Assembly (NCBI GenBank): GCA_963648895.1
Contig: CAVJGK010000001.1
Span: forward strand, 26,745 to 90,744
DNA from: Lachnospiraceae bacterium
GTDB taxonomy: Bacteria; Bacillota_I; Bacilli_A; RFN20; CAG-449
Reading direction: 5' to 3'
DNA length: 64,000 nt
The notes beneath the pieces are model-generated. The model saw nothing but the letters and a program-made list of their open reading frames with translations, had not been told where the DNA came from and ran no database searches. Positions 7,920 to 16,512 of this stretch are shown here, one piece after another. Numbering within the stretch: position 1 is the first letter of the stretch; every line of letters starts with the position of its first letter. Position numbers and translations under genes: made by a program.

Positions 7920-8243
7920 TTATTTAATTAATTCCTCTATTACTTTATCTAATGAGTCTTTTTCTATATGATGTTGACTCCCATTAATAAATCCATGATA
8001 GCGCTCTATGTCATTGGCATAGTCATAGTCGAAGTAGATATTAATTCTAATCCTTTGTAGTTTTTTACCAAAACCCATAATGCATTCGCCAGTGTCTGGG
8101 TCTAGCCCACGCAATCCTGATTCGTCGATACCCAAATTTTCTAGTTCTTCTCCAAACTCAATGAATTCATTTATAATTTCTTTGCTAACACCAGCATTCA
8201 CAAGCGCTTCCATAAAAGATTTTTGAGTTGTGTAATACATCAT
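7920..8243 (-). CDS. small LGF-motif family paralog (subtype B)
   Basis: ENLGIDES motif and C-terminal LDKVIEELIK. Aligns with 8247-8582. Confidence 0.5.
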   Translation of the reverse strand: MMYYTTQKSFMEALVNAGVSKEIINEFIEFGEELENLGIDESGLRGLDPDTGECIMGFGKKLQRIRINIYFDYDYANDIERYHGFINGSQHHIEKDSLDKVIEELIK

Positions 8244-8246
8244 AAT

Positions 8247-8582
8247 CTAAGCTTCTCCTACATCAGTTAACACTTTTATTAATTCGTCAAGGGTGTCTCT
8301 TTCAAATCTCTGATAATGCCCAATAATTCCTACATAATATGTTCTATTATTAATACTTCCGGAATCATAGACACACTGGAGTTTAACTCTGATCCCTTGT
8401 ATATATTTAGAGTACCCTAGAAAAAATTCTCCTGTATGATCGTTAGAGGTTAGGTCAATCAAACCATCCATACCGAGGTATTTTATTTCGCGCTGAAAAT
8501 CAAGAAAATTATTTATAACTTCATCATCCGCGCCTGCACTTACTGCTGCATTTAAAAAAGCTCCTCCATCTTTATAAATCAT
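8247..8582 (-). CDS. small LGF-motif family paralog (subtype B)
   Basis: YLGMDGL motif and C-terminal LDELIKVLTD. Confidence 0.5.
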   Translation of the reverse strand: MIYKDGGAFLNAAVSAGADDEVINNFLDFQREIKYLGMDGLIDLTSNDHTGEFFLGYSKYIQGIRVKLQCVYDSGSINNRTYYVGIIGHYQRFERDTLDELIKVLTDVGEA

Positions 8583-8585
8583 ATT

Positions 8586-8915
8586 TTAATCTCCTGTCTC
8601 ATCAGTTAACACTTTTATTAATTCGTCAAGGGCGCTTCTTTTGAATCGTTGGAAATTTCAAATAATTCTCTCATAATATGTTGTATTGTTTGCAGAATCA
8701 TAGACACACTGGAGTTTAACTCTGATCCCTTGTATATAGTTAGAGAATCTAAGCAAAAATTCACCTGTACGATCGTTAACGGTCAAGCTTATGTAACCCT
8801 CCATGCCAAGGTCCTTCATTTCACCCTCAAAATTGGTGAATTGCTGTATAGTATCTTCATTAGCGCCCGCCTTCCGTGCTGCTTCAAAAAAAGACGCTTT
8901 ATCTCAATATATCAT
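8586..8915 (-). CDS. subtype-B paralog containing two in-frame TGA codons
   Basis: Starts MIY[TGA]DKASFFEAARKAG... Second TGA at 8658-8660. The full-length alignment to 8247-8582 continues through both TGAs to a conserved C-terminus ALDELIKVLTDETGD and a TAA stop. Identical 34-40 nt stretches are shared with the neighbouring copy. Confidence 0.5.
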
Positions 8916-8918
8916 ATT

Positions 8919-9269
8919 TTAACCCCCTAAAACTTGGTTCATCAGTTCATCAAAAGTATTCGTGGTATATCCTTCTATAACTTCATATACTCCATCTTCG
9001 TCCTCTTTATAAATCCCACACATAAATGGAGAGTAATCCTCAGGAATTTCATCCGGCGTAACAAAAATTACTTCTATATAGGTTGATTCTATCTGAGTGC
9101 TAAAAATTGCACAATGACTATTGAACTCATTATAATCGCCCATATCGGGTTCTTGTAGTGATTCTTGAACATTATCGAAACCTAGATTAAGTAAAGTATC
9201 CCGATAGTAAGAATATTCTTTTATTTGATTAGCATCTTTTAACTTTTCACAAAATTCATTAAATTTCAT
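8919..9269 (-). CDS. small LGF-motif family paralog
   Basis: LLNLGFDNV motif and C-terminal FDELMNQVLGG. Confidence 0.5.
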   Translation of the reverse strand: MKFNEFCEKLKDANQIKEYSYYRDTLLNLGFDNVQESLQEPDMGDYNEFNSHCAIFSTQIESTYIEVIFVTPDEIPEDYSPFMCGIYKEDEDGVYEVIEGYTTNTFDELMNQVLGG

Positions 9270-9273
9270 TAGT

Positions 9274-9579
9274 TTACTCCATTAGTTGTCGTAAGAGCGA
9301 GTCTAGATCGTCTGCCATGAATTCAGCAGCATCATGGGATGTAAATGCGACAAATCGTTTCTCACGGGGAATCAGCCTCAACTCGTCGTTTGTATTTATG
9401 TATACTTTTAATGGAGGGTAGTGATAGGAGATCCAGTAACTTTGTGAGTTGCTGATACTAGCATCTGAATATACAAACCCCAGATCATGTAACTGATTGA
9501 TAGCATCTTCTATCTCTTTTCTAGCAGATTCATCTTTAAAAGTTTGCACAAACTTAACTTCTATTTCATTAAATTCCAT
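9274..9579 (-). CDS. small LGF-motif family paralog
   Basis: QLHDLGF motif and C-terminal LDSLLRQLME. Confidence 0.5.
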   Translation of the reverse strand: MEFNEIEVKFVQTFKDESARKEIEDAINQLHDLGFVYSDASISNSQSYWISYHYPPLKVYINTNDELRLIPREKRFVAFTSHDAAEFMADDLDSLLRQLME

Positions 9580-9580
9580 A

Positions 9581-9856
9581 TTATTTCATTACCTCAGCGA
9601 TCATCTCTTCAAAATTTTTGCTTGAGCTAATAAGCACACCCTTAAACGAAGCAGAATACACTATACCAGTTGCAAAGGAGTCAATTTTTATAGCTAACCA
9701 ATTATCACCGAGATCATATAAATAACCTAGATAGTCTGGTCTACCGCATTGAAATTTAACCCCAAATTCATGCAAAGTTTTTATGTTTTGCTTAACTATA
9801 TTTCTTTGTGCTTCATCGGGAAGACGATCTAGAAAATCTAATTCTATTAAGTTCAT
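9581..9856 (-). CDS. small LGF-motif family paralog (subtype A1)
   Basis: TLHEFGV motif and C-terminal NFEEMIAEVMK. Confidence 0.5.
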   Translation of the reverse strand: MNLIELDFLDRLPDEAQRNIVKQNIKTLHEFGVKFQCGRPDYLGYLYDLGDNWLAIKIDSFATGIVYSASFKGVLISSSKNFEEMIAEVMK

Positions 9857-9858
9857 AA

Positions 9859-10161
9859 TTACTTCGTAAGCAACTCCAATGCTTGTTTTAATGTGTTTGT
9901 TTTACAAAAGTCAGTTCCGTTAACCATAACTGCTATATGACTACATTTAGGGTAAGGGTATCTCTCACGATTACCTAAATATATGTCCACCAGAAATGTT
10001 TTATCCCCGCCTCGCACCATTCTATGATATTCTATCCCGTATGGGTCACTATACTTAAGCTTGAATCCAAGTGAGCGCAAAGTAGTTATCTCTTCTTCTG
10101 CCTCTTCGAGCGCTCCAGTATTAGGTAGGTTTTTTGCATATATAAGTTCACGACTATTCAT
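9859..10161 (-). CDS. small LGF-motif family paralog (subtype A2)
   Basis: TLRSLGF motif, then HIAVMVNGTDFCKTNTLKQALELLTK. Confidence 0.5.
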   Translation of the reverse strand: MNSRELIYAKNLPNTGALEEAEEEITTLRSLGFKLKYSDPYGIEYHRMVRGGDKTFLVDIYLGNRERYPYPKCSHIAVMVNGTDFCKTNTLKQALELLTK

Positions 10162-10163
10162 AT

Positions 10164-10469
10164 TTAGTTTATTAGCTCCTCGAGCATTTCTTCAAAATTT
10201 TGCCCTTTATAAATAAGTTTTGCGGTAAAAAAAGCATCAGGTTTTGTATTAAGAAAAGCAGTATATGATATATGGGAATTGTCCAATGCTGCAATGATCA
10301 CCTGTAAATAAGTGTTTTCTACAACGTCAAAGTCATAAAATAGATTACTTTCATCGCCTATCCCAAATGTAAATCCAAATTCAGTCAGTCTTTCTATGTT
10401 AGCTTTAGTTGTATTTCTTAATTCCTCACCACGAAGACTATCTAAAAAATCTAATTCTATTCCATTCAT
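10164..10469 (-). CDS. small LGF-motif family paralog (subtype A1)
   Basis: RLTEFGF motif and C-terminal NFEEMLEELIN. Confidence 0.5.
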   Translation of the reverse strand: MNGIELDFLDSLRGEELRNTTKANIERLTEFGFTFGIGDESNLFYDFDVVENTYLQVIIAALDNSHISYTAFLNTKPDAFFTAKLIYKGQNFEEMLEELIN

Positions 10470-10472
10470 ACT

Positions 10473-10768
10473 TATTTTGTTATCTCCTCAAGTGCCTGTT
10501 CTAAATTATTTGCATCGCAAAATCTTGTTCCATTCACCATGACTTTTATATGAGGACCAAGTGAGTCATACTCACAATTTCTTACGCGTATAACGATAGG
10601 AAATCCTCTTCCATCCACTTGTATCCTTCTGATGTAATCGATTCAGTACGTACCACTGTATCTAAATTGAAACCCTAAATCGTACAAAGTAGTTATTTCT
10701 TCTTCTACCTGTTTTCTCATTTCTTTATTAGAGAAATCTTTTATAAATTTACGTTCATCATTATTCAT
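10473..10768 (-). CDS. subtype-A2 paralog containing one in-frame TGA
   Basis: MNNDERKFIKDFSNKEMRKQVEEEITTLYDLGFQFRYSGTY[TGA]IDYIRRIQVDGRGFPIVIRVRN...VMVNGTRFCDANNLEQALEEITK. Full-length alignment to 9859-10161 passes through the TGA at 10643-10645. Confidence 0.5.
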
Positions 10769-10770
10769 AT

Positions 10771-11070
10771 TTAGTCCACCAGTTCCTCCAGTGCTTGATC
10801 CAACGTGTCAGTGTTACAAACAGCATTTCCATTAATCCAGACTGCTATATGTTGAACGCCAGGTTTATATAGTACAGGATTTCTCAAAAAAATAATTACA
10901 GGTTGTATTCTGTTGTCACCATATACTACCTTGGTATATTTTAATACGTTAGGAGTATAATTTTTAAGTGCAAACCCAAGTTCAGATAAAGTAAGTATTT
11001 CGTCTTCTACCTGTGTCTTTAATTCCTCGCCATCCAGGTTTTTTGTAAATTCTAGTTCATTTTTATTCAT
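10771..11070 (-). CDS. small LGF-motif family paralog (subtype A2)
   Basis: TLSELGF motif, then HIAVWINGNAVCNTDTLDQALEELVD. Confidence 0.5.
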   Translation of the reverse strand: MNKNELEFTKNLDGEELKTQVEDEILTLSELGFALKNYTPNVLKYTKVVYGDNRIQPVIIFLRNPVLYKPGVQHIAVWINGNAVCNTDTLDQALEELVD

Positions 11071-11071
11071 T

Positions 11072-11347
11072 TTAATTCATCAGCTCCTTCAATACTTGCG
11101 CTAAGTCAGCGCCTTCACAAATAGTATTGTCGAAGTGCTGCACTTGAATGCGAGAGTCTTTATTAAAACTATAAATAGCAAGTTCTAGTTGTGCTTTGGG
11201 ATAAGCATAAAATACTACGTAAAAATTTGCACTATAACCAGCATAGTTAAAACCAAGCTCATGCAAAAGGGTAATCTCTTCTTCTGCCTGATGCTTCATT
11301 TCATCAGTGGGCATCTTTTTTATAAACTCTAGCTCATCTTTATTCAT
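11072..11347 (-). CDS. small LGF-motif family paralog (subtype A1)
   Basis: LLHELGF motif and C-terminal LAQVLKELMN. Confidence 0.5.
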   Translation of the reverse strand: MNKDELEFIKKMPTDEMKHQAEEEITLLHELGFNYAGYSANFYVVFYAYPKAQLELAIYSFNKDSRIQVQHFDNTICEGADLAQVLKELMN

Positions 11348-11348
11348 C

Positions 11349-11666
11349 TTAGTTCATTACCTCCTGGAGTACTTGGGTTAAATCATTGCCTTCACCAATG
11401 ATAGTAAAAAAGTGTGCTAGTTCAATGCGAGCTTTTTGACCTGTTACTTTCTCTAAATTATAAATATAAAGTGCTATATTAGGCACTTTTGGATATTTAT
11501 AGTGTATCATGCTAAATAGTATAGTACTGCCACCATACACAAAACCAAGTTCATGCAAAAGGTCCATGTCTTCTATTGTTTGTTCTTGCATTTTTTTCGA
11601 TTGAAATCCCTCTATAAATTTGATTTCATTATAATCATAACTTTTCTTCATACATTTATTATACAA
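11349..11666 (-). CDS. small LGF-motif family paralog (subtype A1)
   Basis: LLHELGF motif and C-terminal LTQVLQEVMN. Confidence 0.5.
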   Translation of the reverse strand: MYNKCMKKSYDYNEIKFIEGFQSKKMQEQTIEDMDLLHELGFVYGGSTILFSMIHYKYPKVPNIALYIYNLEKVTGQKARIELAHFFTIIGEGNDLTQVLQEVMN

Positions 11667-11670
11667 TAAA

Positions 11671-11710
11671 AATAAAAATATGTAAAATAAAAAGCTGATT
11701 GCTCAGCTTT
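11671..11710 (-). terminator. rho-independent terminator
   Basis: Hairpin AAAGCTGA-(GCAA)-TCAGCTTT (11691-11710), followed on the coding strand by TTATTTTACATATTTTTATTTT. Confidence 0.55.
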
Positions 11711-11722
11711 GTTAAATAGTTT

Positions 11723-12073
11723 TTAGCTTAATTTTTCTATTAAGTAAACAGTTACACTTGCGTTTTTGGTCTCTGAGCCCATTACAGCACCATTATATTT
11801 ACCATATGCAGTTACGCCGTAATAGCAACTTAATACTCCTGTTGAAGCATTATATGATTTTGTGAAGGAACCCTTGCCATAAGGGTGTTCCTGAATACCT
11901 GAAACACTTACTTCAAAATCACCAACACCACTTACGGATTTAATAAAGAAATTATCAGCAGTTAGCTTTGTATAGTCTACATTAGGCACTAATGTTTTTA
12001 CATTAAAAGATGTTGCTGTTCCTAATAATATTGGGATATTTCCCCCCCCCTTGATCTTAATTAAATTTTTCAT
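11723..12073 (-). CDS. small MKNLIK-family protein (fibre-tip/receptor-binding candidate) with G9 tract
   Basis: 116 aa. Shares the N-terminus MKNLIK with the next gene. Codons 8-11 (KGGGN) are encoded by a G9 homopolymer. Confidence 0.5.
   Translation of the reverse strand: MKNLIKIKGGGNIPILLGTATSFNVKTLVPNVDYTKLTADNFFIKSVSGVGDFEVSVSGIQEHPYGKGSFTKSYNASTGVLSCYYGVTAYGKYNGAVMGSETKNASVTVYLIEKLS
12042..12050 (-). repeat. G9 homopolymeric tract (C9 on the plus strand)
   Basis: tccccccccc at 12041-12050. A 9-nt G/C run inside a coding region of a roughly 30% GC genome. Confidence 0.9.
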
Positions 12074-12084
12074 TTTTTCTCCTT

Positions 12085-12417
12085 TTATTCAAGTACTATC
12101 TTCGAACAACTCATTGAGGTTGTCCAGTTATTTTGACCAAAATATACATTCGCAGTTTGCCCTTTTTCACATATTGCAATTAAATTACCAGTATAACCAT
12201 AAGAAGTGGTATTAATACGTCTTAATAAGGTGACTCCTGTGCTTTCAAGCGTTTGTGCTATAGCACCACTACCAGTCGAAGTTACATTTACGAACACAAT
12301 ACATTTTTCAGTCGCTGTATAAGTGTAACTGTAAACGTAGTTTTGGGTAGCACCAGTTGAAACAAGTGTTGCATTTCCTAGATCTAAACCATTATCATTT
12401 TTAATTAAATTTTTCAT
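12085..12417 (-). CDS. small MKNLIK-family protein, paralog of 11723-12073
   Basis: 110 aa with N-terminus MKNLIKNDNG. The S/T/G/Y-rich composition is typical of fibre-tip proteins. Confidence 0.5.
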   Translation of the reverse strand: MKNLIKNDNGLDLGNATLVSTGATQNYVYSYTYTATEKCIVFVNVTSTGSGAIAQTLESTGVTLLRRINTTSYGYTGNLIAICEKGQTANVYFGQNNWTTSMSCSKIVLE

Positions 12418-12436
12418 TTATTTTTACTCCATTACT

Positions 12437-13150
12437 TTATACAGGTCCACTGCTATAGGTGAAATATCCAGGTGTGCTTGCTGTATCAATTCTAGCATAA
12501 GTTTTATCAATATAGCTTGAATTGTATGTAGTACCATTCTCTCCAACTAGGGATGTGCAACCATAGAACATATTACTTGACGTTGTTACGTTAGTTGTTA
12601 CAAAGCTTGACTTTACATAGATTGCTGTTAAACTTGAGCAATCACCAAACATATAAAACATATTAGTAACATCGCTAGTATCAAAGGTAGACAAATTCAA
12701 GGTTGTTAATTTTGAGCAATAATCGAACATATAGCTCATGCCAGTAACTTTGCCTGTGCTAGTGCTGGACAGATCTAGTGATGTTAAGCCTGAGCACCTA
12801 TAGAACATACCTTGCATATTAGTAACATTGCTTGTATCAAGGTTGGATAAATTTAATGCTACTAAATTGCTACGGTTATAGAACAAATGACTTAAATTAG
12901 TGGCACAAACCACGCCCGCTTCAAAGTTTAAACTAGTGATTGTTCCGGTTGCTAACTGAACAGAATAATTGTCAGCCCAATTACCGATTTTTGTTATATA
13001 AGTCTTACCTACAATCGTTGCTGAAGCAGGTACTGTATAGGAAGTTGAAGAACCGTTATATGCATGTAACCAAATATATCTATCATCTGTTAATTCATAA
13101 TCCCAATCATTTTGTCATGTTGTAGTTGGGAGTCATGTATCCCAATACAT
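12437..13150 (-). CDS. BspA/DUF285-type leucine-rich-repeat protein with two in-frame TGA codons near the N-terminus
   Basis: ATG at 13150-13148 overlaps the TAA of the upstream gene. Reads MYWDT[TGA]LPTTT[TGA]QNDWDYELTDDRYIWLHAYNGSS... into the track ORF. Repeats of the MFxxCxxLTxLDLSxFDTSxVTNM type. Confidence 0.55.
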
Positions 13151-14154
13151 TAGCTTACCTCCGTAGTTACTAAAGTATAAATAGTACCACTTAGTGCCGT
13201 TGCATCTTCTGTATAGAAGGTTAAGCTATTAGCACCAGTATCAACCACATGTGCTACGCTGTCCAGTAGCGCATCATTCATAACTAGATTTTGAACCATT
13301 GAATTAGCAGTTAAACCACTTATGGTAACAGTAGCAGAATATCCATATTTACTATCACTATCCCATTCGCAATAAGAACTCATTTGTGTAGGTGTAACAG
13401 ATACTGTAATATTTGAATGGATAACTGATTTATTTTGCTTAGCTTCTAATGCAGTATTAATTACTTTATTTTGCACTGGGTTAGTCGAGGAACTGCTTAA
13501 TGCACTATCGACAGTTACTTTAGTAGCGCCACTAGCAATACCATCTAGCTTAGATTTATCGCTCGAAGACATCAAACCATTAGCGCTTGTAGTCGCTACG
13601 CTTGAAGTAGGTGGTGTATAGCCTAAAGCGGAGGTAACGTTTGTCTTAGAGACGCTGATTGTTCCGCTTGAGTTTGTTATATTAGAACCTGTTTTCACGC
13701 CACCTAATATGCTTGATGTTGCAGTAGGCAATGAGTAATTATTTGCATTTGCTGCCACACCATCCAACTTAGATTTATCCGATGCTGACATCAATCCAGC
13801 GGCACTAGTAGTTGCATTTGAATAAGTTGTATCCGGTGTAACAATATTACCACTACCTAGGATTGAAGTACCATTAACAGTTTTGATATTAGTTCCTGAT
13901 ACCAATGTAGCTTGCTTACCATTTAAAGTATTAGTAATTACTTTATTCTGAACAGGATTAGTAGAGGATGTACTTAGCGCATCATCAACTGTCACAGTAA
14001 CCGCAATATCCCCACTTCCTAATAATGATTCACCACTAATAGTTTTTATATTAGTTCCACTAACTAATTTATCTTGTTTATTGCCTAAAGTAGACTCAAC
14101 TCATTCTTTGGTTATGAGATCTTTGGTATCTGAAATTTTACCTAAATATTTCAT
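13150..14154 (-). CDS. tail-fibre repeat protein with one in-frame TGA
   Basis: AAGGAG RBS 9 nt upstream of ATG at 14154. MKYLGKISDTKDLITKE[TGA]VESTLGNKQDKLVSGTNIKTISGESLLGSGDIAV joins the track ORF. Reiterated L.NKQ..LVSGTNIKT..G.S.LGSG and SSTNPVQNKVI motifs resemble phage tail-fibre repeats. Confidence 0.55.
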
Positions 14155-14241
14155 TAGCTTTTTCTCCTTATTTAGTGCACAAAATAAAAATGTGCTTATT
14201 ATACACTATATTATATAGATTTAGTAATCTAATTAGGTTTC

Positions 14242-14559
14242 TTAGTACACCTGCATTATTTGATTCAGTAGCTCATCTAAAGTATCAGCATAATACTCTG
14301 CAATACACTCATAGTTTTTGTTAATATAACCTGTATACTGCATTCGGGGCGAGAAATAGATAGCAATATGAAATGCTTTTTTTGGATCCAAATCCAAGTC
14401 AAACCATATACATAAATCCCTATCATTCAAGTATGTCCCTTGTGGTTCAAATCCTAAATCATGTAATGTCTGTATATCTGCCTCATACCTGGACTTATTA
14501 TTTTCAGACACACAATTGTTTAAAAACCCCTGCTCAATTTTACTGTGCGCTACATCCAT
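14242..14559 (-). CDS. small LGF-motif family paralog
   Basis: TLHDLGFEP motif and C-terminal LDELLNQIMQVY. Confidence 0.5.
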   Translation of the reverse strand: MDVAHSKIEQGFLNNCVSENNKSRYEADIQTLHDLGFEPQGTYLNDRDLCIWFDLDLDPKKAFHIAIYFSPRMQYTGYINKNYECIAEYYADTLDELLNQIMQVY

Positions 14560-14562
14560 ATG

Positions 14563-14877
14563 TTACACTCCTTTTTGCATTAGTTGGTCTAGTAGACTCT
14601 CCAGTGTATTGGTGCTAACATTCAACACTATATCTCTGCCATTATAAGCAGTAGCGTCACACATTAAGGTATCATGTAGGTCAATGACAACATCAATTGA
14701 GTCATTCACTTTTAAATAAGTAATCAAACCACGCTGCGGTCCACACCACTTGTCATTAATCATAAACGTCTGACCGGGTTTAAATCCTAAGTCACGCAAT
14801 GTTTGAATATTTGCTTTTTGCTGAGGTTTGTCTTTCTCTGCAGTCCAATCTAGTAAAGCTTGCTCATTTACATCCAC
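14563..14877 (-). CDS. small LGF-motif family paralog
   Basis: TLRDLGFKP motif and C-terminal LESLLDQLMQKGV. Confidence 0.5.
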   Translation of the reverse strand: MDVNEQALLDWTAEKDKPQQKANIQTLRDLGFKPGQTFMINDKWCGPQRGLITYLKVNDSIDVVIDLHDTLMCDATAYNGRDIVLNVSTNTLESLLDQLMQKGV

Positions 14878-15317
14878 GGAATACTCTCCTTATATTTTTT
14901 AAAGCAATAATCACATATTGGAAATCCAACTTCTCTGTGAACTACCGCTTGCTCTCCGCATAATATACAATATTTTTCTGAGCACATTTCATACTTTCTT
15001 ATAATTGCATCGATGTTATCATCTGTGCGGTAATAATCATACATACCATATATACGTAGTTGTCCGTATTTCTCTTTAACTTCTAAAATTTTATAATTAT
15101 TTAAATTACCTTGCTTAATTAGTTCTTGACTAAGCTCTTCGCACAGTTGTATACCAAAAGCGATTCTCCAACCAACAGGCATATCATCTAATTGAGTCCA
15201 AGAATTATCATCACGAATTTTTAAAAATGGGAACTTAGAGCATAATTCATCATTATATACTTTAACTTCTTCTTCAGATAATTCAAATCTTTTTTCTATA
15301 AACTCTTTATCAGTCAT
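14868..15317 (-). CDS. hypothetical protein with C-terminal CxxC...CxxC zinc ribbon
   Basis: YCILCGEQ...ICDYCFKKY. Promoter motif at about 15330-15362. Confidence 0.4.
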   Translation of the reverse strand: MTDKEFIEKRFELSEEEVKVYNDELCSKFPFLKIRDDNSWTQLDDMPVGWRIAFGIQLCEELSQELIKQGNLNNYKILEVKEKYGQLRIYGMYDYYRTDDNIDAIIRKYEMCSEKYCILCGEQAVVHREVGFPICDYCFKKYKESIPWM

Positions 15318-15384
15318 ATATATAGGTACTCCTTATAATAATATTATACTATAATTAATCTAAAAAGTAAATAAAAAGATGAAC

Positions 15385-16281
15385 CTAAAATAGCTCATCT
15401 TTTAGTACTTCCTTAACTCGCATATCAGAAGATTTCCTCATCTTCACAAAGTTGATTGCACAATTCTTATTTTTACGAACGACTGTAATCAAATCTTCTT
15501 CAATAAAAGTATCATACACTGAATTTAAAAGTCTTCCAATTAATTCATTACGTTTAGCGTCAGGAAATTCATTAAGAATTTTAGCATACTCTTTTCTAAT
15601 AACTGAATCAGTTATATACTCAAGTGCAACTTTTAACTCAAAATCATCCTTTGCTTCATGATTTTGTACTCTTAGATTACTCTTCTTATTAAAGAACTCT
15701 TCGCTAATTACTTTACCCCATACAGCATGACCCCATTTATTTTTATAATTATAGTTTTTAACTACAACTCCTTCTGGTGTGCAACCTTCAGGCATTAAAT
15801 AATGAGTTTTATTAATATAAGTAGCAACCTCTTCAATTGTTGGATTTTCTAACCTAGCAATCTCTGGAATGTAAGTTAGGTTAAACTCTTCTAGCATTGG
15901 AACATACTCATCGTAAGATAGGTATCTTTCTTCCACTGCGTCAAATACATCAAAGATGTAGAACTTTCTCCAAGCGTCTTCGTTGTATGACTTAATTGAA
16001 TGTGGTACTAACCATTCTCCATACACTAAGTGGGTAGGATGTTTTAATAAATATGCTTTAATATTTTCATCCTTTTCTATTGTATTATAGAAACCTGCAT
16101 TGTCATCATGCAAAGATAATTCTCTTTTTCTAGAACCGGCATGAACTAATCCATCATCTCCTAAAAAGACTACAGAATTAGTTCCATCAATTTTAGGTTG
16201 GATAGTAACGGTTCCATTTAAAATGCCATCGCACTCATTTCTTCCTAGTTTCTCTATGTGTTGATAACTCTTATATTGCAT
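15385..16281 (-). CDS. ATP-dependent RNA/DNA ligase (Rnl2-like nucleotidyltransferase)
   Basis: Motif I KIDGTN (compare KIHGTN in T4 Rnl2). 298 aa, with GEW and EG(V)V(V)K-like downstream motifs. Confidence 0.55.
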   Translation of the reverse strand: MQYKSYQHIEKLGRNECDGILNGTVTIQPKIDGTNSVVFLGDDGLVHAGSRKRELSLHDDNAGFYNTIEKDENIKAYLLKHPTHLVYGEWLVPHSIKSYNEDAWRKFYIFDVFDAVEERYLSYDEYVPMLEEFNLTYIPEIARLENPTIEEVATYINKTHYLMPEGCTPEGVVVKNYNYKNKWGHAVWGKVISEEFFNKKSNLRVQNHEAKDDFELKVALEYITDSVIRKEYAKILNEFPDAKRNELIGRLLNSVYDTFIEEDLITVVRKNKNCAINFVKMRKSSDMRVKEVLKDELF

Positions 16282-16290
16282 ATTATCCTC

Positions 16291-16512
16291 CTAATCACTA
16301 TTGCATACCTGATCCTGTAAGCGTTCTATTTCTTCGTATAACCACGTATTATCGTAGACTTTGTCTGCTATTACTTCACAATCTGCTTCTATACTATCAA
16401 GCAGCTCAGAAATAGAGTTTAGTAAATTTCTTATAGTATTGTCATCCATCGCTATTATATACAAGTCTTCTAAGTTTGACCTAATTTGATTAAGTTTAGT
16501 ATTTATTGCCAT
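16291..16512 (-). CDS. hypothetical protein
   Basis: 73 aa ORF. Confidence 0.35.
   Translation of the reverse strand: MAINTKLNQIRSNLEDLYIIAMDDNTIRNLLNSISELLDSIEADCEVIADKVYDNTWLYEEIERLQDQVCNSD

Noticed and set aside
8583-10770. Pseudogene interpretation of the two ORF-free gaps inside the paralog array
   Set aside because: Both gaps contain full-length family members whose only defects are in-frame TGA codons. The same codon is read through in at least nine other genes, and a UCA suppressor tRNA is encoded, so recoding is the more economical explanation.
12437-13150. Mollicute (code 4) host inferred from the DUF285/BspA-type LRR and TGA usage
   Set aside because: TGG is by far the dominant Trp codon, and the large core genes contain no TGA. 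That is the opposite of Mollicute codon usage. The data fit phage-specific partial recoding better.
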